DNA from: Longimicrobiales bacterium
Lineage (GTDB): Bacteria > Gemmatimonadota > Gemmatimonadetes > Longimicrobiales > RSA9
DNA: 33,745 bases
Assembly (NCBI GenBank): GCA_041617355.1
Contig: JBFJPA010000001.1
Location: 1-33,745, forward strand
Direction: 5' to 3'
A program made the position numbers and the translations under genes. Shown piece by piece: positions 16,258-24,002 of the stretch (its first letter is position 1; each line of letters begins with the position of its first letter). Below the pieces are notes generated by a model, which worked only from the letters and a program-made list of their open reading frames with translations, searched no databases and had not been told where the DNA came from.

Positions 16258-17022
16258 ATGGACGGGTTCTGGCGGATGCCGCAGAACATCTCGACGTTCG
16301 GCGCCGACATCGACCGGATGTTCTTTATCATCGCGGTCATTACGGGCGTCGTCTTCGTCCTCGTCGAGGCCCTGCTGATCTACTACCTGATCAAGTACCG
16401 CGGGAAGGAGGGCCGCAAGGCTCGCTTCACTCACGGCAACAGCACGATGGAGATCATGTGGACCGTGGCCACGGCGATCATCGTGGTCATCGTCGGCGTC
16501 ATGAGCCGCGGCCTCTGGCTCGACATCAAGGACCCCCGGCGATTCCCCGACGCGGGCATCGAGCTCCGCATCACGGCCAAGCAGTTCGAATGGAACGTGA
16601 CGTATCCGGGCGCGGACGGGCAGCTGGACACCGCCGACGACTTCGTCAAACGGAACCAGCTGCACGTCCCCGTCAACACCAAGGTCCACGTCCAACTGCA
16701 GTCCGAGGACGTGATCCACTCCTTCTACCTCCCGGAGCTCCGCCTCAAGCAGGACGCCGTTCCCGGGATGAGCATTCCCGCCTGGTTCGAGGCGACGACG
16801 CCCGGCGAATACACCATCGGCTGCGCGGAGCTGTGCGGGACCGGCCACTATCGAATGAAGGGCACGATGACCGTGCTCGCGGCTGCGGATTGGGACACGT
16901 GGTACGGCCAGGAGATGCAGGCCGTCGCCAGCGCCGGCGGCAACTCGGCGCCGCTGGCCGGCGCCGCTGCGCCGGCCGAGCCGACGCCGGCCGCCACACC
17001 GACCGCCACCCACGCGCATTGA
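16258..17022 (+). CDS. coxB: cytochrome c oxidase subunit II (CuA; no fused cytochrome c domain)
   Basis: Two N-terminal TM helices, VIHSFYLPELRLKQDAVPG, and the CuA motif CAELCGTGHYRM. Ala/Pro-rich C-terminal tail with no CxxCH. GAGGAGGAG lies upstream of ATG 16258. Confidence 0.9.
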   Translation: MDGFWRMPQNISTFGADIDRMFFIIAVITGVVFVLVEALLIYYLIKYRGKEGRKARFTHGNSTMEIMWTVATAIIVVIVGVMSRGLWLDIKDPRRFPDAGIELRITAKQFEWNVTYPGADGQLDTADDFVKRNQLHVPVNTKVHVQLQSEDVIHSFYLPELRLKQDAVPGMSIPAWFEATTPGEYTIGCAELCGTGHYRMKGTMTVLAAADWDTWYGQEMQAVASAGGNSAPLAGAAAPAEPTPAATPTATHAH

Positions 17023-17038
17023 ACGAGGAACGACGACC

Positions 17039-18814
17039 ATGAGCACTGTCGCGGTGCCCCACGAAGCACACGCCGTCGCACACGAGCACCACGAGCAGAT
17101 CCCGTGGATCCGGCGCTACGTGTTCTCGACCGACCACAAGGTCATCGGCATTCAGTTCTTGTTCATGAGCCTGTTCTTCCTGCTCTTTGGCGGGCTCCTC
17201 GCCATGGCCATGCGCTGGCAGCTCGCCTGGCCGACCGACCCCAACATGCCCCTGCCCGGCGGCAACCTGCTGCCCGAGACCATGGTCAACCAGGGCGTCA
17301 TGTTGCCGGAGTTCTACAATGCCCTCGTCACCATGCATGGCACGATCATGGTCTTCTTCGCGATCATGCCGCTGCTCGTGGGCGTCTGGGCAAACTACCT
17401 GATTCCGCTGCAGATCGGGGCGCCCGACATGGCGTTCCCTCGATTGAACATGATCTCGTTCTGGATGGCCGCCTCGGCGGGCATCCTGATGATGGCGAGT
17501 TTCTTCGTGGTCGGCGGCGCCGCTAGCGCCGGCTGGACCGGCTACGCACCACTCAGTACGAGCGACGTCTACAGCGGCGTCAAACTCGGCCAGCAGCTTT
17601 GGTGTGTGAGCCTCGTTGTCCTCGGGTTCTCTTCCTTGATAGGCGCCGTGAACTACATCACGACGCTCATCAACATGCGCGCGCCCGGCTTGACCTGGTT
17701 CCGTCTGCCGCTCTCGACGTGGGCCTTGTTCGTGACGTCCGTGCTGATCCTGCTCGCTGTGCCGATCCTGGCCGGCGGCCTGATCATGCTCTTCTTCGAC
17801 ATCACCATCGGCACCTCGTTCTTCCGGCCCGAGGGCGGCGGCCAGCCGATCCTGTGGCAGCATCTGTTCTGGTTCTTCGGCCACCCCGAGGTCTACATCC
17901 TGATCCTGCCGTCCATGGGCTTCGTTTCCGATGTCCTCGCGAATGGCGCGCGCAAGCCGATCTTCGGCTACGCCGCGATGGTCTGGGCGATCGTCGGGAT
18001 CGGCTTCATCGGCTGGATCGTGTGGGGCCACCACATGTTCATGAGCGGCATGAACCCGATGCTGGGCGGGTTCTTCATGATCACGACGCTGATCATCGCG
18101 GTGCCCTCGGCGATCAAGACGTTCAACTGGCTGGGCACCCTGTGGGGCGGCAACATCCGCTTCCACACGCCCATGCTCTACGCGCTCGGCTTCGTCTCGC
18201 TGTTCGTCATCGGCGGGCTGTCCGGCGTGTTCCTGGCGGCGGGACCGGTCGACATCCCGCTGCACGACACGTACTTCGTAGTCGCCCACATCCACTACGT
18301 GCTGGTGGGCGGCAGCCTGTTCGGCATTTTCGCGGCGATCACGTTCTGGTATCCGAAGATGTTCGGCCGACTGATGAGCGAGAAGCTGGGCGTGCTGCAC
18401 TTCGCGACCACGTTCATCTTCTTCAACCTCGTCTTCTTTCCGATGCACATGCTGGGCACGGGCGGGATGATGCGCCGGCTCTACGATCCGACGCAGTATC
18501 CGAACCTGGCGGCGCAGCAAGACACGAACGTCTTCATCACGATCAATGCGCTGCTGCTGTTCGCGGCCCAGCTGATCTTCGCGTTCAACTTCCTGTGGAG
18601 CCTGAAGAAGGGGAAGAAATCGGACGCGAACCCGTGGGAGGCGAATTCGCTCGAATGGACTGCGCCCTCGCCGCCGCCACACGGAAACTGGGGCGGCGTG
18701 ACGCCGACGGTCTATCGCGGACCGTATGAATACAGCGCGCCGGAGACGGAGAGGGACTACTGGCTGCAGACGGAACCGGGCAGGGGCGGACAGACCGCCC
18801 CGGGCGCACACTGA
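17039..18814 (+). CDS. ctaD: cytochrome c oxidase subunit I (A-family haem-copper oxidase)
   Basis: 591 aa. Signatures: TDHKVIGIQFL, WFFGHPEVYILILP, VWGHHMF, HDTYFVVAHIHYVL. Confidence 0.95.
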   Translation: MSTVAVPHEAHAVAHEHHEQIPWIRRYVFSTDHKVIGIQFLFMSLFFLLFGGLLAMAMRWQLAWPTDPNMPLPGGNLLPETMVNQGVMLPEFYNALVTMHGTIMVFFAIMPLLVGVWANYLIPLQIGAPDMAFPRLNMISFWMAASAGILMMASFFVVGGAASAGWTGYAPLSTSDVYSGVKLGQQLWCVSLVVLGFSSLIGAVNYITTLINMRAPGLTWFRLPLSTWALFVTSVLILLAVPILAGGLIMLFFDITIGTSFFRPEGGGQPILWQHLFWFFGHPEVYILILPSMGFVSDVLANGARKPIFGYAAMVWAIVGIGFIGWIVWGHHMFMSGMNPMLGGFFMITTLIIAVPSAIKTFNWLGTLWGGNIRFHTPMLYALGFVSLFVIGGLSGVFLAAGPVDIPLHDTYFVVAHIHYVLVGGSLFGIFAAITFWYPKMFGRLMSEKLGVLHFATTFIFFNLVFFPMHMLGTGGMMRRLYDPTQYPNLAAQQDTNVFITINALLLFAAQLIFAFNFLWSLKKGKKSDANPWEANSLEWTAPSPPPHGNWGGVTPTVYRGPYEYSAPETERDYWLQTEPGRGGQTAPGAH

Positions 18815-18839
18815 ACCCCTCACGGAGGAGCGGATCGAC

Positions 18840-19487
18840 ATGAGCACGGCAACTGCCGCGACGTTGGACCGACCCGGATCGGGGTTCGGCGTCTACAACC
18901 TGAAGCTGGGCATGTGGGTGTTCCTGCTGTCCGAGGTCATGTTCTTCACCGGTCTCATCGGCGCCTACATCATCCTTCGCTTCGCGCGGCCCGAGCAGTT
19001 CGCGGAGCCAGGCATCGTACTGAACGTGCCGCTGACCGCGTTGAACACCTTCATCCTGATCTGCAGCTCCGTGACAATGGTGAAGGCGTTCGCCGAGATC
19101 GAGCAGGGCAACCAGAAGGGCCTGAAGATGTATCTGCTCGCGACCGTGGCGCTGGGCCTGGTCTTTCTCGGTATCCAGGCCTGGGAATACACGATTCTCG
19201 TGCATGAAGGATTCGTGCCGATGGCGGAAAGTTATGCGGCGCATGGCCGGGCGGGCGGCGACGCGGTGTTGGGCGGGCCGCTTTATGGCGCGACGTTCTA
19301 TACCATGACGGGCTTCCATGGCACGCACGTGTCGATCGGCGTACTGTGTCTGATCTTCACGACGATCCAGGCGTTCCGCGGGCGCTACACCGCGAGCAAC
19401 ACCGGCGGCGTCGAGATCATGGGCTTGTACTGGCACTTCGTCGACCTGGTCTGGATCATCCTGTTCACGATCGTCTACCTGATCTGA
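18840..19487 (+). CDS. ctaE: cytochrome c oxidase subunit III
   Basis: Lies in the frame of ORF 18726..19487. ATG 18840 follows GGAGGAG (18825-18831). Signatures: LGMWVFLLSEVMFFTGLIGAY, FYTMTGFHGTHVSIG, LYWHFVDLVWIILFTIVYL. Confidence 0.9.
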   Translation: MSTATAATLDRPGSGFGVYNLKLGMWVFLLSEVMFFTGLIGAYIILRFARPEQFAEPGIVLNVPLTALNTFILICSSVTMVKAFAEIEQGNQKGLKMYLLATVALGLVFLGIQAWEYTILVHEGFVPMAESYAAHGRAGGDAVLGGPLYGATFYTMTGFHGTHVSIGVLCLIFTTIQAFRGRYTASNTGGVEIMGLYWHFVDLVWIILFTIVYLI

Positions 19488-19501
19488 GCGCGGAGGACGG
19501 C

Positions 19502-19801
19502 ATGGCGGATTCGAGTGGAGCGGCCGGGACCGCGGCAGAGCACAAGAAGCCGAACTACTACATGATCTGGCTGTACCTGGCCGTGCTGACGGCGGCCGAG
19601 GTCGGCGTCGCATTCATATCACAGATCCCGAAGCAGGTCCTGATTCTGATCCTGCTGGCGATGGCCGTCTGGAAGGCGGTGCTGGTCGCACTGTACTACA
19701 TGCATTTGAAGTTCGAGCCGAAGCGGCTCTGGTGGATCGCCCTTTCGCCGTTGCCGCTGGCGGTGATCCTCGTGGTCATCGTGCTGATGGAACGGTGGTA
19801 A
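19502..19801 (+). CDS. cytochrome c oxidase subunit IV family protein (prokaryotic COX4_pro type)
   Basis: Lies in the frame of ORF 19346..19801, starting at ATG 19502. 99 aa with 3 TM helices and the family-typical KAVLVALYYMHLKF motif. It directly follows subunit III. Confidence 0.8.
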   Translation: MADSSGAAGTAAEHKKPNYYMIWLYLAVLTAAEVGVAFISQIPKQVLILILLAMAVWKAVLVALYYMHLKFEPKRLWWIALSPLPLAVILVVIVLMERW

Positions 19802-19819
19802 CGTTCAGGGGATTGGAAC

Positions 19820-19972
19820 ATGCATGAGTTGATGGTCGGAATGTTCTGGGCAGGACTGCTGATGGCCGTGCCGCCGATCCTGGTGGGCGCGGGCATCGTG
19901 GTGCTGCTCGTGAAGCAGCAGAAGCTGGCAGATCGGCGACCCGATCCATCGGGCCCGCCCTCAGGCCGCTGA
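19820..19972 (+). CDS. small single-TM protein, 50 aa (below the 60-aa ORF-track cutoff)
   Basis: Hand translation gives MHELMVGMFWAGLLMAVPPILVGAGIVVLLVKQQKLADRRPDPSGPPSGR*. It starts 18 nt after the subunit IV stop and has one clean hydrophobic helix followed by a basic stretch. Alternative starts are ATG 19832 and 19841. Confidence 0.4.
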   Translation: MHELMVGMFWAGLLMAVPPILVGAGIVVLLVKQQKLADRRPDPSGPPSGR

Positions 19973-19979
19973 GCACGCC

Positions 19980-20008
19980 GATCCCGGTCCGGCACCGGCA
20001 CCGGGATC
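19980..20008. repeat. perfect 9-bp inverted repeat (GATCCCGGT / ACCGGGATC) with an 11-nt spacer
   Basis: Read directly: 19980-19988 is the reverse complement of 20000-20008. It lies in the gap between the 50-aa ORF and the 8-TM gene. No T-tract follows. Confidence 0.6.
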
Positions 20009-20012
20009 CCAA

Positions 20013-20027
20013 CCTCCAGAGTGGAGG
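20013..20027 (+). promoter_or_regulatory. hairpin that pairs the Shine-Dalgarno sequence of the downstream gene (CCTCCA-gag-TGGAGG)
   Basis: CCTCCA (20013-20018) is the reverse complement of TGGAGG (20022-20027). The GGAGG arm sits 6 nt upstream of ATG 20034. Confidence 0.45.
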
Positions 20028-20033
20028 CTCCGC

Positions 20034-21002
20034 ATGAGACGACCGCAAACGACACTCGGCCGGGGCGCGACCGGCGGCTTGATCGCCGCCGGTGTGCTCG
20101 CGTTCTGGTTCCTGGTCATCGATGCCGTTCGGGCGACGCCATTCGACACGCCGTTGTTCGTGGCCCGGACGATCGTGGGGCTCGACTTCGCGGCCGGCCC
20201 GGTGACGCTGGGGATCTACACGCTGCTCCATTTCGGCGTGTTCATGCTGGTCGGCATCGCCGTGGCGAAGCTGATGGAACGGGCGGGCATTCGCCCGTCC
20301 CTGCTCGTCGGTTTGGTCGTCGGCTTCCTGCTGTTCGACTTGATCTTCTACGCCGGGATCATGATCTCGGGAACCGACGTGGTCAGTGCGCTGGGCTGGC
20401 CGGAGGTGCTGATCGGCAACCTGATCGCGGCGATCGTGCTGCTCCGCTACCTGCGCGTGACGGGACCGGCCGAGGAGGACGTCAGTCTCGGCGAGATCCT
20501 CGATGCGCACCGCACGATCCGCGAGGGCCTCGTCGCCGGCCTGATCGGCGCGACCGCCGTCATGCTCTGGTTCCTCGTGCTCGACGTGATCGAGGGGCGG
20601 ATCCTCTTTACGCCGGCGGCATTGGGGTCGGCCATGTTCCTGGGCGCGCGCGGCGTCGCCGAAGTTTCGATGGCCGCGACGACGATCATCGGCTACACGG
20701 GCATCCACCTGTTCGCGTTCCTGCTCGTCGGCCTGGGCGCGTCCGCCATGGTCGAAGGCGCGCGCCGGCAGCCGCCGCTGTTGCTCGGCATCGTCCTGTT
20801 CTTCGTGACGCTCGAGGTGCTCTTCATCGGACTGATGGCGATCGTGGCGGCCTGGCTGCTCGATGCGATCCACTGGTGGACCATCGTCGTCGGCAACCTG
20901 ATTGCGGCTGGCGTGATGGGCGGCTACCTGCTGTACGAGCACCCGGAGCTGCGCGAAAGCCTGACGCACGACCTCGAAGAAGAACTGGTTTCGGGCAGCT
21001 GA
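20034..21002 (+). CDS. uncharacterised 8-TM membrane protein with an internal 2 x 4-TM duplication
   Basis: 322 aa. The two halves align by eye. GLIAAGVLAFWFLVIDAVRATPFDTP matches GLVAGLIGATAVMLWFLVLDVIEGRILFTP. IYTLLHFGVFMLVGIAVAKLME matches IGYTGIHLFAFLLVGLGASAMVE. GNLIAA occurs in both halves. Confidence 0.7.
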   Translation: MRRPQTTLGRGATGGLIAAGVLAFWFLVIDAVRATPFDTPLFVARTIVGLDFAAGPVTLGIYTLLHFGVFMLVGIAVAKLMERAGIRPSLLVGLVVGFLLFDLIFYAGIMISGTDVVSALGWPEVLIGNLIAAIVLLRYLRVTGPAEEDVSLGEILDAHRTIREGLVAGLIGATAVMLWFLVLDVIEGRILFTPAALGSAMFLGARGVAEVSMAATTIIGYTGIHLFAFLLVGLGASAMVEGARRQPPLLLGIVLFFVTLEVLFIGLMAIVAAWLLDAIHWWTIVVGNLIAAGVMGGYLLYEHPELRESLTHDLEEELVSGS

Positions 21003-21003
21003 T

Positions 21004-21225
21004 ATGAACCTGGTCGCGTTCCACCGATTCCTGATCACGGCAGGCATTGTCTTCTGCTTCGGATTCGCCGTTTGGGATGTTCGCGTGTGGAACGCGACCG
21101 GGCGCACGTCCACGCTTCTGCTTGCGACCCTGTTCGCGCTGCTCGGCGCCGGCCTCATCGTATATCTGCGGCGGCTGAATCGGATCCTCGGCTACGAGCG
21201 CGGCGACGCGGAGCGGCCGCGCTAA
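21004..21225 (+). CDS. small 2-TM membrane protein (73 aa), hypothetical
   Basis: ATG 21004 lies 1 nt after the upstream TGA (21000-21002). It has two hydrophobic helices (FLITAGIVFCFGFAVW, LLLATLFALLGAGLIVYL). Confidence 0.55.
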   Translation: MNLVAFHRFLITAGIVFCFGFAVWDVRVWNATGRTSTLLLATLFALLGAGLIVYLRRLNRILGYERGDAERPR

Positions 21226-21235
21226 CGTCGTTTCC

Positions 21236-21901
21236 GTGTCCACCCCCGGGCCGGGCGACTGGCGGCGCTACACCGCGCCCGGCCTGATCCTCGCCTTCGT
21301 CGCATTCCTCGCCGTGCTTCTCATTGCGGCGGCGCTGCGCCGGCCCAGCATCGAGGGATACCCTCCGACACCGGTCGAGCCAAAGGAAGCTGGTGACGCG
21401 CTCGTCGGACCCGTGCGCGTGACGCTCGATGCGACGTCGGCCGACCGCTGGACCTTCTTCGACTTTTCCCGCGGTGTCATCGTCGAACGACCTGGCCCTC
21501 GCGACTGGGATCTGGCGTTCCGCCGGTTTCGCGTGATCGCGAATGGCGGGACCGGCTTCGCCGGCGATGGTGGCATCGTGGACCTCGGCGAGGTCGCGTT
21601 CGATTCCGTGGCCACGGTCCCGACCGACGGCTACATCGGCTCCACGGCCGGCAGCGACTCGGCCAACGCCGCGATCGGGCGCTGGTACACCTACGGCTGG
21701 ACGAGCCACATCCTGAAGCCGAAGCCGAACGTCTACGCGATTCGGACCGCCGACGGACGCCATGCCAAGCTGCGGTTCATCAGCTACTACTGTCCTGCCG
21801 CGACGCCGGGCTGCGTCACCTTCGAGTACGTCTATCAGGGCAGCGGCTCCGTGGACGTCGCCGTTTCCTTGGCACACGGGGCGGAGGTAGAGGCGCGTTA
21901 A
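21236..21901 (+). CDS. membrane-anchored HmuY-like beta-domain protein
   Basis: GTG start. N-terminal TM helix (GLILAFVAFLAVLLIAAAL). RWTFFDFSRG...DWDLAFRRFRVIANGG...VYAIRTADGRHAKLRFISYY...FEYVY resembles the HmuY-family pattern (W.YF.F..G..., DWD[IL]AF.R) as I remember it. Confidence 0.55.
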   Translation: MSTPGPGDWRRYTAPGLILAFVAFLAVLLIAAALRRPSIEGYPPTPVEPKEAGDALVGPVRVTLDATSADRWTFFDFSRGVIVERPGPRDWDLAFRRFRVIANGGTGFAGDGGIVDLGEVAFDSVATVPTDGYIGSTAGSDSANAAIGRWYTYGWTSHILKPKPNVYAIRTADGRHAKLRFISYYCPAATPGCVTFEYVYQGSGSVDVAVSLAHGAEVEAR

Positions 21902-21925
21902 TCGGGCACGGGTACAGGGGGGTCT

Positions 21926-22411
21926 ATGGACGAATTGCTCGATCTGACGCGACATGCGGCGTGGGCGGACGGGCTCGTTTGGGATGCGGTCGAGGCGGTG
22001 CCGGAGGACGCGATCGACGATCGCACGCGCGAGCTGCTCCACCACATTCACGAAGTGCAGTGGGCGTACCTGCGGATCTGGCGAGGCGAGCCGCTCGCGT
22101 TTCCGCCGCTGTCCTCGTTTCCCGATCTCGCGGCGATTCGGGCGTGGGGACGGGATGCGCATGCGCAAATCGATGCGTACCTTCGCTCGCTTTCCACCGA
22201 AGATCTCGAGCGGACGGTCGATTTCCCGTGGGCGGCACAGCTCGTGGAGCGATTCGGTGAGGTCAAGACGGCCAATCTGCGCCAGGCCATCCAGCAGGTC
22301 ATACTGCACTCGATGTACCACCGCGGCCAGGTCAACGCACGCCTCCGTCAGGCCGGTGGCGAGCCACCGCTCGTAGACTTCATCGCGTGGATCTGGATGG
22401 GGAGGCCGTGA
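21926..22411 (+). CDS. DinB-family protein
   Basis: 161 aa. AAWADGLVW, HHIHEVQWAYLRIW and QQVILHSMYHRGQVNARLRQAGGEP are typical of the DinB four-helix-bundle metal-binding family. Confidence 0.85.
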   Translation: MDELLDLTRHAAWADGLVWDAVEAVPEDAIDDRTRELLHHIHEVQWAYLRIWRGEPLAFPPLSSFPDLAAIRAWGRDAHAQIDAYLRSLSTEDLERTVDFPWAAQLVERFGEVKTANLRQAIQQVILHSMYHRGQVNARLRQAGGEPPLVDFIAWIWMGRP

Positions 22412-22624
22412 ACGGTGCGTACACGGCATATCGGCAGCGCGCACTTTCTTGGGGCTTCCCTGACGTTCCGGGTTTACACCTAGAGCGCCCCGTTTCCGAC
22501 CTGCGCTTTGCGCTTGGATCCGGCGCACCCGCCTTGCAGCGCGCGCCCCACGCCGACATTCTGGTCGCACAGCACAAGCCCGAAGTCGTCACGAATTGGC
22601 GAGGGAGAACTCGGAGGAGCGACC

Positions 22625-23368
22625 GTGAGTCAGCCGCGCCGAGCGAGTGCGCTTTTCCTGGAGGGTGTAGTCATCGTTGTCAGCATCTTGCTCGCCTTCT
22701 TTCTGGAAGGCTGGGGCGAGGACCGCGACCTCGCTCGCGAGCTGAGGCAGGAACTGATCAGCGTCCGGACGGAACTGGAGCGAAATCGCGAGCTCGTTGC
22801 AGTGGAGATCGTGGCGATCGATCGGCAGATCTCCGGTCTCTCGGCCCTCGTCCAAACGATCGATGCGGCGGGCGGAGCAGGCTTGATCACGGTGCCCGAT
22901 ACGCTGGCGTGGCTGAGCACCGGCTGGAACCTCTCGTTGAACCCCTCCATCGGCGCCGTCACCGCGCTGATTGCGTCCGGGCGCCTGGCGCGGGTTCAGC
23001 AAGCGGAACTTCGGATCGGTCTGGCAGGCCTCGACGAGGCATTGGCCGACGTCATCGAGGAAGAACTGTACGCGCGTCAGATCGCCATGGAGCACCTTGC
23101 GCCACTCCTTGGCCAGTCCATCCGACTCGACTACTCCATCGGCAACGAGTTCTTCCAGAGCGCAGGCGAGGGCCTCACGGTTCAGGAGCGCGTGAGGGCC
23201 CAGCCATTCCCCAGCCGCGGCATGGTGGAATTCCCAACCACCCTGCCGATTCGCAACGCGATCACCCTCCGACTTGCGTGGCTGAGTTCGGGCCGGAGCG
23301 AGCTGGCCAGTCTTCGGACGCGACTGGACGACCTGATCGCGATGACCACGGACGAGATCGGGCGCTGA
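22625..23368 (+). CDS. hypothetical N-terminally anchored protein (DUF6090-like)
   Basis: Lies in the frame of ORF 22508..23368. GTG 22625 sits about 7 nt after GGAGGAG. The N-terminus FLEGVVIVVSILLAFFLEGWGEDRDLARELRQELISVRTEL resembles the DUF6090 N-terminal pattern as I remember it. The rest is helical with no catalytic motif recognised. Confidence 0.5.
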   Translation: MSQPRRASALFLEGVVIVVSILLAFFLEGWGEDRDLARELRQELISVRTELERNRELVAVEIVAIDRQISGLSALVQTIDAAGGAGLITVPDTLAWLSTGWNLSLNPSIGAVTALIASGRLARVQQAELRIGLAGLDEALADVIEEELYARQIAMEHLAPLLGQSIRLDYSIGNEFFQSAGEGLTVQERVRAQPFPSRGMVEFPTTLPIRNAITLRLAWLSSGRSELASLRTRLDDLIAMTTDEIGR

Positions 23369-23510
23369 GTGCCGAAGTAACGGGAGACGTCACTCGACGG
23401 CGTTCCTCCAGTCTTTGTTCAAGCTGCCTGACACGGGACGTGCACCGCGGACGCGGCGGCGGATGGCAGCAGGATACGCGCAGGAGGAGCGCACACGGAG
23501 GAGATCCGAG

Positions 23511-23912
23511 ATGGCACACCTCTACCGCATTCTCGTTCCGGTTTCTGATATCGACGCCGCGCAACGGTTCTACGCGACGATTCTCGCTGCGCCAGGAAAG
23601 CGCATCTCGCCTGGTCGTCACTACTTCGACTGCGAGGGGACGATCCTGGCCTGTTTCGATCCGCAGGCGGACGGCGACGGCTACACGGCGAATCCACTTC
23701 CCGAACCGCTCTATCTGGCCGTCGCCGATCTCCAGAACACGTACGAGGCGTGTCGACGGGCAGGGGCTCGATTTGCGGAGGACAACCCGCCTGGCGTCGG
23801 GCCACTGGGCGAAATTGCACGGCGACCGTGGGGCGAGGAGTCGTTCTACGTGTCCGATCCGTTCGGCAACGGTCTTTGCTTCGTCAGCCGCGAAACGGTG
23901 TTCACGGGCTGA
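23511..23912 (+). CDS. VOC (glyoxalase/bleomycin-resistance/dioxygenase) family protein
   Basis: ATG 23511 follows GGAGGAG (23497-23503). HLYRILVPVSDIDAAQRFYATIL ... PWGEESFYVSDPFGNGLCFV is the typical VOC beta-alpha-beta-beta-beta module pattern. Confidence 0.8.
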   Translation: MAHLYRILVPVSDIDAAQRFYATILAAPGKRISPGRHYFDCEGTILACFDPQADGDGYTANPLPEPLYLAVADLQNTYEACRRAGARFAEDNPPGVGPLGEIARRPWGEESFYVSDPFGNGLCFVSRETVFTG

Positions 23913-24002
23913 TCCATCGGCACAGGCACAATGTGCGGGGAGGTAACTCGTGACGTCGTCACCACGGCCTTGATCGAGGGTCCCGACTCCAAAAGGATCA
24001 GA

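Noticed and set aside
16745-18847. 700-aa minus-strand ORF antisense to cytochrome oxidase subunit I
   Set aside because: The plus-strand frame encodes an unmistakable CtaD. The antisense product is Arg/Asp/His-rich and low in complexity.
22412-22624. 213-bp gap after the DinB gene examined for a tRNA, small RNA or promoter
   Set aside because: Only weak features are present: TTGCAG-17 nt-CATTCT and a small GCGC-ttt-GCGC palindrome. There is no tRNA-like T-arm or acceptor pattern, so the evidence is insufficient to call a feature.
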